A stretch of DNA of 62,425 bases, filler included, from Basidioascus undulatus (Eukaryota), in the NCBI GenBank assembly GCA_000826855.1. It is 6 parts of 6 records of this genome, joined end to end, with 100 filler letters (N's around TTAATTAATTAA, not from the genome) between each part and the next. Parts side by side here need not be neighbours in the genome. Positions count along the whole stretch, not along the records: positions 35,037 to 62,425 come from JTLS01000166.1; 5 more parts are not named here. One strand, written 5' to 3'. Positions 47,128-60,710 of the stretch are shown piece by piece. Each line of letters opens with the position of its first letter. The first letter of the stretch is position 1. Both the position numbers and the translations under genes were made by a program. Below the pieces are notes generated by a model, which saw only the letters and a program-made list of their open reading frames with translations, had not been told where the DNA came from and ran no database searches.

Positions 47128-50100
47128 TCAAAGTCCCATCGCATCCTCCCTCTGCTGTTCCACCCAATCTTCCAAGCCGCCAGCGAGTTTCCCAACGCCC
47201 TGATCGCAAAAAGGATGATTCAGTTGAGATTGGGAGCAAGTGAATGAGCAACAACCAAGACGAGCGACTTACCTTCCATTCATGCTTGGCGACACTGCCC
47301 AATTCACCTGACTCCCACGCAGTGCTCATCAGGCTCGGCTCCCAGGCGTGCCAGCTGACGTCCCGAACCACGGCGCGGCTCCGTCCGGTTCCGCGAGGGA
47401 GCGCGACGGGGTCGGGCGCAGATGGGTCATGAGGCGTGCGCACGGCACCAGGCCCAGCTGGCGGAGCGAGGGGCAGCGTAGTTGAGCGATCGATCGTCTG
47501 CACCACTCGGCCGTCCAGAGACCAGATCTGATTTGGTGCGATCATCAGCGTCAGGTCTGGGAGAGGAGAAACGCGAAGGGATGGACATGAATGTTGCCGT
47601 CTGACGAGCCCGAGTAGATGTACCGCTGGCCGGTCGTCGCGGCAGGCGAGAAGTGGCAGCGAATGAGCGTGTGCATGACTGCGTGCCCGCGGTAGGTCAT
47701 CACGCTGCAGTCGTTCGGCTGCACGCAAAATTTCGTCGTTAGCTGTGAGCAGCAGTTAGCTTCGATAGACGACGATACGCACGTGCGAGTCGTATTTCGG
47801 CTTCGGATAGAAACCCCGCCTGATGCACCCGCCCAGCCGTCAGCGACCCCCGGCTCGACCGATTTGCAGCAAGCGAGCTCGCCTATAGTCATAGCCCCTG
47901 ATAGAGTAGAAGTGCGGCGGATCGATCTGAGACGAGTCGTCGAAATCTTCGATTGACACGAGGCGGCGGATGTCCCAAAGCCTCAGTGCTTGGTCCTTGC
48001 CGTTGGATATGGCGTAGCGGCCGTCACCCTTGGGGCTGACGAACGTGATGCCTGTTGCTCATGGGATATCAGTACAAGGTTATCATGGTGGAGCAGCATC
48101 GTTGAACAGACCTTCAGTATGTCCGACAAGCACGCCGCTCGTCTTGCCGCCAGCCAGCGAACGGCGATCCCTGAAAATAATAATGAAAGCATCAGTACAT
48201 TACAACGCTTGCCTCTAAAATAATCGACGTCGAGAGAACGGGGAAACTTACCAGACCTTCAGCACGCGATCATCGGATCCCGAGATGAGGACGTTGCCAG
48301 ATCCCGTGTCAGCGAAGCACACGGCGTTGACGTCCCCGCGGTGACCTTGCAGATCGAGTGTGCGCTGTCGTGCTTCGATGTCGTACACTGCGGAGTAATA
48401 ATGGGTTTAGCGATCATCGGAAAAAATATCAAACAATGGACTGACCGTAGATCTCACCATCCTGCGCACCGGCAACGATCTCTTTGCCATCGGACGAGAA
48501 ACGCACAGACCAGATCTGGTAGCAAAGCGGAATGAGCAATGCTGTGCGTGTCTCGTAACGTTGAACTTACTCCCGAACCATATCCGGGGTCGTATCCTTC
48601 GTGGCCGCTGAAATGCAATGGGTATTGCTGTTCGCTTTCGCCCTCGCGGGTGCTAACGAGGTGCACGGTCGGCGTCTAGAAGCACGACATTAACAACGGT
48701 GGTCAGGGCGTCGGCGCCAAGACGTACAATCGAAGAATAGATCATCCAGTTGTTGTCGTCGGATCTGGCCGAGGAAGATGAGCAGGCACCCTCTTCGGTG
48801 GTAGACGAGTAAACTTTTACGTACAGATCGCTGTCTGTGATGGTCCAAGCTCCCTCGATGCCATTGATGGTCTTGACGTGCTTCAGGCTCGTCTCCTGCC
48901 AGCGGGGATTCATTTCAGTCACTGCGAAAGCGGTAAGCGGCCAGGACACTGACATGATCGATGCCATCATACTCGTCCAGACCTCCGTAGAACAACCGGC
49001 GACGACGGCGGGTGGGAGTCGGCTTGAGGGTGCGTTGCAGAGGCGCCGTGGTGTCGTAAATCTGCGGGCGAGACGTCAGCCGGAACGGCGAAATAAGACC
49101 AAGTGTGACGCACGTTGATAGTGAAGTCGCGACAGCAGGTGTAGAAGAAAGAGCTGTCTGTGTTCAACAAAAATCAAATATGAGCGGTGTAACAGCGAAC
49201 AGAGCGAGAGCGAAATGTAGCCATACCTTCACTGTATTGTCCAGCGTACACAGGCGACGAGTAGCGCGCTACGACCGCGCCGGTCGAGTTCGGAATGGTC
49301 ATCTGAAGACAGCTGTTAGGATCGCTCCTGATGAACTGATAGACAACATGCGCACCCTTCCGATAGTCTGCCTGTGGAAAGGGCCGATCTGGTCCGACCG
49401 ATCGAGAACCATAGAAGTGAAGTTGCGCTTGCGCAGCGTCCTGTCGGGCTGCACGAAGTAACCACTGTGAGCTGCTCTCTCGCCCTGCACTGTAATGGGC
49501 CCTTGATACGCACCCTTCCAAACGCGCCGGAGTTCAATAGCTCGACACCCGCGGCCTGAGGCTCCTTGTGCGACGGAAACCACGTCGGCTGCTGCTGCCG
49601 CCGCGATCCATAGCCCCAACGGTAGTCGTCGTCGTCGTCTTCCTCGGCCTCCTCCTCCTGCTCTTCTTCTTCGGCGCGCTGTGTTGATAGACCGCCCCGG
49701 CTTCCGAGAATGCGGGAGAGCAGAAGACGTTCGAGGAGACTGAGTGTCGTGGTGCTGCCCGAATTGGAGCCGGCGCTACCGCCCGCGCCGTCAAGCGCAG
49801 CGGAGCCGTCGAAGACCTCTGCAAGCGTTCGAGATATCCAGTTAGTGCCCGAAGGTAAAGACAGGCAATACCGAACGAAGCTGGTGATAAGTGTTGCTAA
49901 AGACGCATAATCGAAGTGCAGATCGACAGTGTGAGATTGGCAAGATGTGCAGCCTCCTTATCAGGAAGACTAGACAAACGAGATCGCCCATTCGTAGCTT
50001 GCGCAAGGACCAACGCCCGCCATCAGGATACAAGAGGAGCACTCGGACTCACCCTGGATCAAGGACTCCGCCTCATCCCTCTCCTGTGCCCATTCGGCCT

Positions 50101-50215
50101 CACGCTCAAGCGCCTCCAGCTCGTCCTCCGTGACCCGGATGACGGTCTCGTCCTCGCCATCCGACGCATCCTCAAACTCGTCCGTCGAGGGATCATAGAG
50201 CTCGTCATCGGCCAT
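47128..50215 (-). CDS. DCAF11: WD40 protein DCAF11/WDR23 (LEC14B-like)
   Basis: VYAGQYS, WTITDSDL, IWSVRFSSDGKEIVAG, GHRGDVNAVCFAD, LKVWDRRSL, GHTEGITFVSPKGDGRYAISNGKDQALRLWDIR and NDCSVMTYRGHAVMHTLIRCHFSPAATTGQRYIYSGSSDG. Confidence 0.93.
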
Positions 50216-51752
50216 TCTGCTTGTATCGATTGAAATATAGGCGGTTATGTGGCAAGAGTGGTAGAGAGTTGTCGATGAGAGTGCTGACGGCGGTCGCCTC
50301 GGAAGGTGCGGCGATCGGCTCACGGCTCGCGTCCGGGTGTGGAGGCCTATTGCGTCAACCAACAGCGTCAACCGAGAGCCTCAACCGAGCCGCCTGCCCG
50401 CTCAACTGCAGCCTGCTGGTTGTTTTCAACATATGTGTGTACCATTACAATATCGAGGAATGGGTGCCATAAAGTGTGTATCATGGATATTTATACTTGA
50501 GCGACTATCCTGCCAAGTTTGTGGACTGCACGACGGTTCGGAGTGCAGTCCTTCATTCTCAGGAAGATCGCCAACTAACGAGCTTCCTGACTATGCACGG
50601 AAACTAGGGTACTTCTAATATGTTACTGCTCGGGTTCTGATTATCAGTAGCAATACACAGGCGAAGGCGCTTCCGATGAAGGAACCAAGAGGACGTCGAC
50701 GAGTGCACGACTGCGTGTTGTCGCACAACCCTGGCCTGTCGGGTAACTGAAGATAATGTGTTATACAACCAATCATTATGTCAGCCACCAAATGGGTATG
50801 CTGCGAGTGTTGCCTCTCAGGCTCCGTCCCAAAGCTGCGCATTCAGCAAGAAAAAGGGGCAGCTGCTGAAATCCAGGCTGCAGCGCAATGAGGCCACTTT
50901 TGGTGGCGGCCAAGAAAAGGCCATGTGATTTATTCGCATGAATAATGGATGTTTATGGCCATGAGACTCGAAATCTGCTGTACAGTCGCCAATGCCTTGA
51001 GCGGTAAAGGACTCACGACCCGGCTGTAGTCGGCACATCATTGCACCACCTCGTCCTCGGGACCATCGATGATATTCATTCCTATTATGTCTTTTCAGAA
51101 GGCTTTAGTACCAACTTTTGGCTTTCGGATATGTACGTCCCTGAGTCCCAACGTTTCTTCCTAGACGCTCACCGCCGTCCAAACACCCTAGTAACGGCTG
51201 TTTCTGAACCCGTTGCCGTGGCGGAGAAATGGACCGGATAAGTGCTGCTTCGTGAGAGCCGCATCATGCTTTGATGGACCGGTTGGCCTCGCTGTACAAG
51301 AGCAGCGCTGTCCAGCTAAGAAACATCTCGCTGAGCACACACAGCGGATGCGGGAGCTTTCCGGGAGCTTTCCTAGGCCCATCCCAGCCGGACTTGGTGG
51401 TTAGCAGCTGCAAGAATTTGAGTACCTTCTGCTCGCTTCTGGCCAGCTGGCTGCGTCGGTCTGCCAACGGAGGGCCATAAGGCTGCATCGACCGCTGGCA
51501 CTACTTCTCTTTCCCATCAACACTCACACTCGTTCAGGACCGCTCATGCTCGCTTTTTATATCCTCGCCCCTCCCCTCCCCTCCTCCTCCCGACCCTCCC
51601 TCCTTCCTCTCCTCTCTGGGAACACAGAGCCTGTCTAGGTACTCTTCGTTCTCCCTGAAGCGACCTACCTTCTCTCCCGCACCGTCTTCCCTCTGCTCGA
51701 AGGAGCAAGTCAGTACACTCCCAATGAATCTAAGATGCCAAAGCAGGCGTTG

Positions 51753-53578
51753 ATGTGCTCAAGTGGTCGCCGTCAAGATTCCCCCTCATCGCCGCCGCTC
51801 TCCTCCTGGCGTCCACGGCGCAGGCGCAGCTTCTCGGCTGTGCCGTTAACGGGTGCACCAACACCGCCCAGTACTGTGCTCAGACCAGTCTCACTGCCAC
51901 CTCGTGTAAAAACCAGGCGAACTCGGCGAAGTCAAACCCCCCGCAGCGGTGCTGAGCGGCCTCGGTCTTGTCAACCGGTCATCTTGTCTGTCTGGTGCGT
52001 ATTTCCGACTTCGGTTGCGGCGTTGGAGAGCTCTTGGTAATTGATCTCCCATTTCCCGTTCCTTTCGTCTCCGTGCAGACTACACTGTCGTCGCCGGGCT
52101 GCTCACGGGCACCCTCTACAATGTCCGCTTCGTCTGCACGGCTTTCTCCAAAGCCGGTTGTACGTCTACCAACCAGGTCTGCCAGAGGGATACATCCCTT
52201 ACCAGCTTGGGCCTGGTTGGCACGTCTTGCGCGACGAAGGCATCAAATAGGCAGGTGTCCGTGATTGCCGAGGTGGTAAACGCCGGGGCGGGATGTGCTT
52301 CTGGTGGGTACAGGCGATGTTTCTCAGTCAACTCGTTGCAACTCGCACTGACTACGGTTCGTCCACCAACAGGCATTGCCAGCCCGCTTACTCGGGTTTG
52401 CGTTGCCAATCTTGTCAACGTCGGTGGTGGAAAGTGTCTGACGAACGATGTGCGTAGTCTACTCTCGATGGCCCGTCTAAAGCTAACGTTGAGCATCCGG
52501 CAGCAATGCACTTCGTCCACCTGTTCCCTAGTATGTGTGCAAGCGAGCGTCAACACCCTTGTCGCCAGCGCCGACGTCTGCCTCTCAGGTACGCCACAAA
52601 CACTCATGTTACCGAACTTCGCTAACTGATGACTGATGATCAATCTTCAGGCGCTCTGATTGCCGGCTCCGACAACCTGTGCGCAGCTAGCGGGACGGGG
52701 TTCCTGCCGGACTGCTGCGGTGCGTCACAGAATTTGCCCACCTTTTTTTGATAGCAGAAGACCTGATAGATCTTTCTTTCCAGGGCTGCTCCCTCGGTAA
52801 CTGCGTAGGGTCGAACGCCGCGACGAACCAGGTCGGGACGTGCGGGTCCTACAACGCCCTCACAGAGTTCTACTGCGCTGCGCCGACTTTACATGCCACA
52901 GCAACGATATACCTTACGTCGCCACGAACACCTGCCCGTCAGGCCGCACGTACTGTGCCTTCACGATCGTTGCCTCCTCGCTGGCACGCTTTGCCCCACC
53001 GGTGGGAGTGTCGTTCGGCGAGGCCTCCGTCTGTCTCAGGAGGCTTTCCGCGTGGGACCTCCCACTTGTAGGCCAATGCGTCGCTCTTTCTTCAACCCAA
53101 CTCTGGCTGACCTCCGTCATCTCTCAGGCCCTGGTAGTCTTCAGTCGTGCCCCGTCCCGGGCGGCGGCTGGGAGTGCGTTGCTTCGCAGGTACGTAGACA
53201 GTGCAATCTTCGCAGTAAAAGCCCCTCACTAACAAATGCATTCCGTGTAACAGGACGACCTCCATTCCTGCGGCGGATGCTGGTCGTTTGGCGCTCAAGA
53301 CTGCACGAGTACGTCGACATCGCTTCACCGTAGTCTCGCGTTTTCTGACCGTAGCGCCCCGCATCGTAGCCTTTCCCAATGCCAAGTGGAACGGTGTCGC
53401 CTGCAACTCCGCAAGTGCGAAGTCTTCAACTGCGAGCCGGGGTACAAGGTGTCTTTCGAACGGCATGTCGTGCGAATGGGGCGGACTCCCTTCCCGCAAG
53501 CGCAAGCGCTCGACGTCGCGCATCATGCGCAACGTCGTCGAGGCGAACACCAGCAACCTGCGACGCAAGACGCTCTAG
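51753..53578 (+). pseudogene. Secreted Cys-rich PriA/CPL1-like protein with multiple frameshifts
   Basis: Signal-like PLIAAALLLASTAQAQ and C-terminal CPVPGGGWECVASQ|DDLHSCGGC...DCT...VAC...CEVFNCEPGY pattern. Frame breaks at about 51755, 51940, 52878, 53411 and 53455. Confidence 0.75.
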
Positions 53579-54411
53579 GTCGTTGATCTTGGACCTTGGT
53601 TACACTTGCTTGACCTCTCGCATGTCCGCAATTGTATTTGAGTTATATTATCTATTGGTCCGTTCGATTCGTGAGATTAGTGGGACTGTAGCGCATGACA
53701 AGAAGCGCGCTACAATCGAAATGAAGCATGGAAGCGACCGCAGAGGGAACGCGACGAGGCGGACCTGCGGCCGGGCGAGAGGAGTGGAACAGATTATGCT
53801 CGACCTTGACTTTGACCAGTACTCCGAGACTTCTGGAAGACGAACTGGGTCCTGGTATGATCAGGAGAGCACCCATGCTGAGAGGATGCTTTGCGCAGGC
53901 GATCCGAATACAACAGCAAAACGCGGTGGCTGTGACCAATGTTGTCGGCCAACACCTGTCGCAGTGTTATGTTTCCTGTCGCACCAAGCGGCACCCTCGA
54001 AAGGCTGTATCGAGGGCATCGAGGGGGGACGACGCTGGAGCGATCTGCGGGCATTTTCCGCTTCCTTGATGTTCGAAGCCAACCGTGTCCCGCCGCGTAT
54101 CGAAACTGCCCCACCCTCGCCCCCCCACCGTCCAGCCCCACCTTCTGCGTATCCTTCATGCGAAAGGGCGCAGGTGAGTGCAGTATCGAACGATTGGGCG
54201 GTCCTGATGGACGACTGTACTCCGACGTGTGGACGGACGGCAAAGATGGCGATCGAATGATGAGCAGTGACTCGGAGCGGATGAGCCACGGAGTACATCA
54301 GTGAGCATGCAAAGACGATAGCTCTCGATAGCGGTATTCTGTAGGGGGACGGCGGCATTCCTGGTTTAACATTCAGATTTAGGCTCCATCTCTGCTTCGT
54401 TTCCCCTCTTT

Positions 54412-54866
54412 TTATGCACCGCGCTGCTGTTCCAACTTCTTCACGATGAACAGAGACGTGTCCCTGCAACGAGATCCCACTGGTGAAATTACGCTTCACC
54501 TTTAATATCCAGGTCGTACTCACAAGAACCGGTCCACGCAGTTCACCAAGCAAGACTCCTCGCTACGGGAGAAGCGCCCGCCAATCGAGCCGGTGACACA
54601 CCTGTCGCACGGGGGAAAGTTGAAGAACAGCATCTCCAGATAGAGGTAAAAATGCATACTTGTCCCAGCACATCTCAGTGAAGGTGTGCGTGGAAGTCTG
54701 GAGGCGGGCCTTGGCCTGCTCCTGCTCGAGGAAGGTCGCGAGCTCCCGCTGTGGAGATCGGAGGGGCTGGTTCAGCTCAAGCATCGCCGCTGCGTAGAAA
54801 ACCGTGCCGGACCTGAGACGCGTCATCGAGGTCGCTTGGCCGAATCTGTACGTTGGAGGCCGACAT
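54412..54866 (-). CDS. TIM8: Small TIM chaperone Tim8
   Basis: LDDASQ|RELATFLEQEQAKARLQTSTHTFTEMCWDK|CVTGSIGGRFSRSEESCLVNCVDRFL|DTSLFIVKKL, with twin CX3C motifs. Confidence 0.95.
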
Positions 54867-56304
54867 GGTGTAATGATTGTGAGTGTAGTGGTGCTCGGGA
54901 GAAGACGCCAGGGGAGTGCCGAAATGCGAGCAGTCGAAGAACCCTAACTTCCGCAACTCACGTGCCCGGCATTTTGTCCTCTTCGTCTAATAACTATGTC
55001 CCTTTCGATGCCGAAAGCATGGCACTGAATTCTCACCGGTCACAAGTCCTCCTTAAGACAATAAAAGAATGAAAGTCAGACAACGAAGCTGCTGCCTCTG
55101 TCCCTTTGCATTTTGGTCTCCTCCAGGTAACCCTTTGTAAAGCGCTTTGTCGAAGAGAATCTCCCTTGCGTCCCTTGCTTGATGCAGAAGATGTGTTTAG
55201 AATTGGAACAGAAATTTATCAACATGATAACCATGTCACAGATATCGTTTATATCGTGAAAGGCCGGCCGATGCTGTCCAGAGCCAATTGACCGGGCAGC
55301 TGCAGAACCGCCTCCCGGATCAGGATGTAGAAATCCTCATCGCCAACAGCGATGGATGCGATTGCACCCCCAAGACATAAGTTTAAGTTCAACTTATTCT
55401 TTTTTCACAGTCATCGAAGTTCTGCACCCCCCCAACGTCGGGGACAAAGCAGGTTGCGCTGGTCACCCTCCTCGCTACGCATCCAGCGGCCTGCAGAATG
55501 GCCATACCAGTGAAACGGCACGCTCTTTGCCGGGTGATGATGATCGCGCCCGAAAATCTCCAAACACATTTTTGAGCCACTTGCTGGAATACCGTTGGCC
55601 ATTGAGGCGATATACAGGATCGAACATGCCGACCTCATAGCTCCGGCAGCAAGCAACTTATCCTGTATCGAAGGCCCTAGAGACCATGGGCCTGATGGCG
55701 TTTCTTTGTTGAGAAGAATTTCATTAATTACAGCTCACCTTCATGGTCCTTTTCGCGAAAGAGTGCAGTTGCCTTTCACGACTTGCCAGAACATGACAGC
55801 CAGCCTGGCGCCAGCCGACTCGGAAAGGGGGTGCTCATCCGGCAGACGCCGATGGAATAGACTACTGGACTGGTGGCCAGTAGTATGGATAAATAATATT
55901 CACTGTAAATCAATGCCGTCTATAGGCTTACGTAGTGCAGAACGTGTAGCCATGACTATCGCGACGGGCTCACTAAAAGGAGGTTCAACACTCTCTCTGG
56001 CTTTGCTGGGGTCCATGAGCAGCACGCATACCGGTATTCTTTCTCACGACTACCGTTTACGCCGATATCAACTTTAATATCCACAATTTCTTCGTCGGCA
56101 GCGTGCGATGTGGAAGTCTAGAGCGTCACGGCTGCCCGTAAGGCTTGGAGATGATGAAATGACGACATGGATAGACCGCCTGATCGCCGTGCGACCCTCA
56201 ACAAGAACGACTCGCCCACCTTGCACTTTTCTCTCCTTAAGCTACCATCTAACGACTAAACCAGAACTACGCACCTCAAAAACCCCACCGAATAATACCT
56301 CAAC

Positions 56305-57288
56305 ATGCCTGTAAGTCGCTGGAGCTCGTGGATGCGCTGCGCGCTGCAGGCTGAGAAGGTGTGGGTGGTACACAGAACCCGTTCACCGAGCACGGCCTCC
56401 TGCGCGACCCGTCGACCTTCGACGACCCTTCGTTCGCGCCGAGTAAATTTCCTGCATTCTACCCCTTAGAGGTCTTGACTCACCATGGCCGGTGCTTGTT
56501 AGCTCCTCCCACCGACACTCCCAGTCCTGCCGCGAAGGCTGCCGAGCGGGCCGGTCTGCTCCGTGACGAGGGCGAGAGCCAGACGGGTGATTTCAAAGAG
56601 ACCATGAAGGACGTTTTTGATGTGCGTGTCCCTTTCGATATTCGGGGAAGGCATTCACGCCGCGCATCCATGTCGAGCAGAAGGCCATGTATCCCCACGG
56701 CCCGACTGCGCCCAGCGGGGAGACCTTGGCGGGCCACAACGTTCCCACTCATGGCGACTCTAATGTTGCGAGTTCACATAGGCTTTATTCTCGCGTGTGG
56801 CTGTTTCTTAAGACTTTTATCTATCAGATCTACCCTAAGGCCGACCACGACGCCGACAAGCACTACGACCCTTCAAAGGGTCGCCCCTTCCACCAGGGCG
56901 TGAAAGCTGGCCCAGGCTCCGTATGTCCCATTATGTGCTAAGTAGCGGGCAGTATCTGAGTGTGAACCTTCAACAGGGTACTATGGGCGAGTACTCCATG
57001 TTCGGGCAAGCCTCGGCCGCAGCCGGGAAAGCCAAGGATAAGCTCTTCAGCTCGCGCGACGTCGAGAACATGGAGGCGTCACGCTCCGCCGACACGAAGG
57101 TCGGCCCCGACGAGGCGTCGCATCTCGCATACGACGAGCCCCGCGAGGCCGGTCGCGAGGGTGATCCAGCCCTTCGCTCTTCCAACACGGACGCCGAGCG
57201 CGCCAACGAGTCGCTCGACACCAGCCTGGACGAGATCACCAAGGCTGACCTGGGATATGACGAGCCGCGGGAGCCTACGCGCGAGTAG
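56305..57288 (+). CDS. Hydrophilic protein of unknown function (6 exons)
   Basis: A 6-nt first coding exon (ATGCCT) followed by five GT-AG introns that keep frame. The product is D/E/G/P/A-rich with repeated L(A/G)YDEPRE. Confidence 0.7.
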
Positions 57289-58363
57289 CGGAGGGGGGAC
57301 GGGAGATGACCGGAAGGAAGAAGGGCTTGTTGTTCTTGCTGTATTCTGCATCCGACTGAAACGATCACGACTTCTTCACTTTGCGTGCAGTTCGGTCTGT
57401 GTAAGAGCTTCGTACTACCACAGCATTCACTTTCGAGCATTCGCCCAATGGCGGTCCATTTGTTCCCCGGTCCTACGCCGTCCGCGCCGCCTCGCATGCG
57501 ACCCATCGCACCGCCTTTCCCCACTTAGCTCTGAAGTGTAGACGACTATCCAGCCTCCAAACTAGCGCTTGTAAACTTGTATGTGCTACCTACCTCCGGG
57601 GGCGTTTCATGGGCACAGAGTATTTTCATGTTTGAAGCAGCTGTGTTCTGTGTCCTTCAATTTGCTGGACTGTTTGAAGCGGAGACACTGCACCTTCAGC
57701 ATGGTTTCTGTGGAGAGCATTGGTTTCACCCTCGGAATTTTTGAATCATGGACACAGCTCTAAGGGGCAATGTCCGTCCTCAACGTCCGCACGCAGACTC
57801 GGAGAGCCAGACAACCGCTGCAAGATCCACTTCATTCAGGCCCGCTTTAACGTGCTTTAGTATCACAGCGCCAACACGATCTGTGTTTTTCCAAGAATAT
57901 GCATTACACGTCTTTTTCCAATACCACCAAGTGCTTTCTATTTCTGGCTCTATCAAGCAAGAGGCTGTCAGCGGACGGGATCCGCGATGGGGCTATGCAG
58001 CAGCGCCGAACGCCTGGCACCTAGCGTCGCGGAATGCCCGGCATGAGCGGCAGGAGCGCCCTTATCTCTCGTTCACCAGCCCCCTCCTCTGTTTGGTACC
58101 GTGACATGGCCGCGACCCCGTCCACAACGCGGCCGTGCTGCAAATGCAGATGTCCACGCTCGTGCTGGCGGCAGGCTGGTCTGTCCTTCTCCTGGTCTGA
58201 GCCGCAAGGAGCTGTTGATTCAGCGCCCTCTTCAGTGCCTCACTTACTCTCCCAATTTTCTCTTGAGACAACTCCTCCTTTCCTCCTTTCTTTGTTCTCG
58301 TACCCCATCACACCTCTTTCGATCGAACTCTCTGTCGGCCAAGCAGCGTCGTCGTCGTCCACC

Positions 58364-60710
58364 ATGCCCGCCGCCCCTCTCACCGCTGCCATCTGGCTTG
58401 CCCTTCTCCTCTCCGTCGCCAGCGCCGTGCCCACACCTTCGCGTCGCCCCACCTCCATTCCCAATCCCGTCGCCCACCTCTTCCGGAGACAGGACGGCAG
58501 CCCAGAACCCGGCAGCGCAGCATGGCGGGCGACCTTCCCGACAGCAGGCCAGATTCCTACTGAGTGAGTCGCGAGCGTGGGCGCGGGGGAGGAGGTGACA
58601 ATTACTGAGGGGCAGGGGAATGCAGGGTGCCGGATGCATGGACGAGGAAGTACGAGGAGGTGAAGGCACAGGGGTTGATTCCGGATTTGCCAGTGGTGCG
58701 TGCCTGACGGTCGTTTTACTGAAGGCAGTGTGCGCCGCTCATTCAACATGCATTGCAGGCTACGCTGGATGCAGGGGGTTTCCCTCGGTAAGTGAACTCT
58801 GAAACAGCGGGCATTGAAATTGGCGGAAGCGTCTTACCTTCGTTCGCAGGTATCCCAACGATGCAGTGACTGGGCGAGCGCCAGCTACCTGCAGTCATAC
58901 GCACACTGGGGTAAGTCGAGGCTGTACATCCAGAGTCCTGTGCTGCGCTGACAGAGTGCTTCAGTGCTCTGATGAGGACGACCTGGAGGAAGCGCCGGAG
59001 GGTATCTACGCGCTGGCATTTGACGATGTACGTCCAGCTCCATTTCACGCAGGCATCGGCGTCCTTGTCACTGACTCTGCGTGTTTCTCCTTGGTCAGGG
59101 ACCGTGAGCTTGCAGTTTTCTAAATCTTCCCACAAAGGGGTAACCAAACCATTCTGGTGGTTTCAGAACACCTGCGTCGGTAGAGTTGTACGACTTCCTG
59201 GAGCGAAACGACCTGGCCGCAACGCACTTCATGGCGAGTTCTTCCCTTAATCTTCTTGGACGCTTTCGACTGACTGGCAAAGACTCTCCAGATCGGATCA
59301 AACAGTGCGTGCTGTTCGGACAGCTCCTTCCAGTGAGCTCTAGATACTCACACCAGGGCTTTCGCCAGTCGTCAACAACATCGACGTCTTCAACCAGGCT
59401 TTCACGCAGGTTTCAGGGGAGATCGCAGTACACACGTACGCACCGTCCAGACCCCTCTCTTATGCCGTGCAGAGCACTCAAAATCTTGCCTCCCAGGTGG
59501 TCACACCGCTTCGGCATCACCTGTGAGCTTCATTTCTCCCTCTGCTCGCTACGCTGCTTGACCTTGCATGCTGAACTGCGGGTGGGTTGACAGTAACTGA
59601 TGAGCAGCTCGTTGCCGAGATCGGTAAGTCTGCTCACTTCCTGAGCGAAAGGGGTGACAGTCGTCTGATAGAGACCAACGCACAGGCTGGTGCATGCAAG
59701 CCATCTCAGACCTCACTGGCGGTCGCGTGCCGTCCCTGATTCGGCCAGTGCGTTGCCGTCCACTCTCTCTACACTCTTTACATTCCTCAAATTTTTATTG
59801 AGGATGTATTTCGATCAGCCCTACGGCGACGCGGACGCCCGCACCAAAGCAATTATGAAGCACGTCTTTGGCCTGCGTGTCGTCTTCTGGGTCCGCTTCC
59901 CTTCCCTCTCCCTCCTATTCCCACCCCCTACCTGCCATTTATCATCCCAAACCTCCAACAGAATACCGACTCCTTCGACTGGTGCCTCACTGGCACAGCC
60001 GGTACGTCTCCCCTTCTCCCCCCTTTTACACCAGCGCCCAACTCCCGAAACTGACGACGATCCCGCTCTGGAAGGCTCGAGCGGCACCGCCTGCTCCGGC
60101 ACAGTCGCGACCGAGGCGGACGTCGCTGCCCGATTGAACGGGTTCGTGGAGCAGCCCAAGAACCCGGGACTCATGGTGCTGCAACACGAGGTGTTTGTAA
60201 GGGGGTTGAGGGTGTTTATGGAGGAGTACCCGTGCGTCTCGCTCCATTTCCGTCGGCCAACCCACCAAATGCTGACATTCAGCCTTTTCCGCTCGTTCTG
60301 GCGCTTGTCCAAAGGAAGATGGCTCAGCACGGGTGGACGTTCAACGCCATTGCGGAGGGGTGCGGATTGGCACCGTACCAGAAGTGCGTTTCTTCTTCTC
60401 TATTTCATGTCATCTTCGAAGTCTGGTTTAACTCACCTTGTCTCCCCGGCGCCGCAGCTCCGACGGGAACGACGACGACGTGACGCCCATGGACATCCTC
60501 GGTGAGGCCACCGGCAGCCTGAGTAGCCGCATCACGTCTACGACCTCCTCCCCAGCATCGACAACCGTCTCCTCAGCGCCTGCCTCGTCTACTTCACCCG
60601 TCCCTGGCGGGGCTGCTGCGGCAGGAGGGGACGGCAACGGGGCGATTGCCAGTTCTGTTTCTCTCCGCCTTTCGCTCGTTGCCATCTTTGTCGCTCTCGC
60701 CCTCCTCTGA
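58364..60710 (+). CDS. Carbohydrate esterase family 4 (chitin deacetylase-like), secreted and probably GPI-anchored
   Basis: Signal peptide; CE4 motifs LAFDD|GP, VHT|WSH, RP|PYG, DSFDW and LQHE; Ser/Thr-rich stalk and hydrophobic C-terminus. About 16 introns, including a GC-AG intron starting at 59234. Confidence 0.92.

Noticed and set aside
53700..56100. Assorted ORFs flanking TIM8
   Set aside because: No coding-like composition or recognisable motifs.
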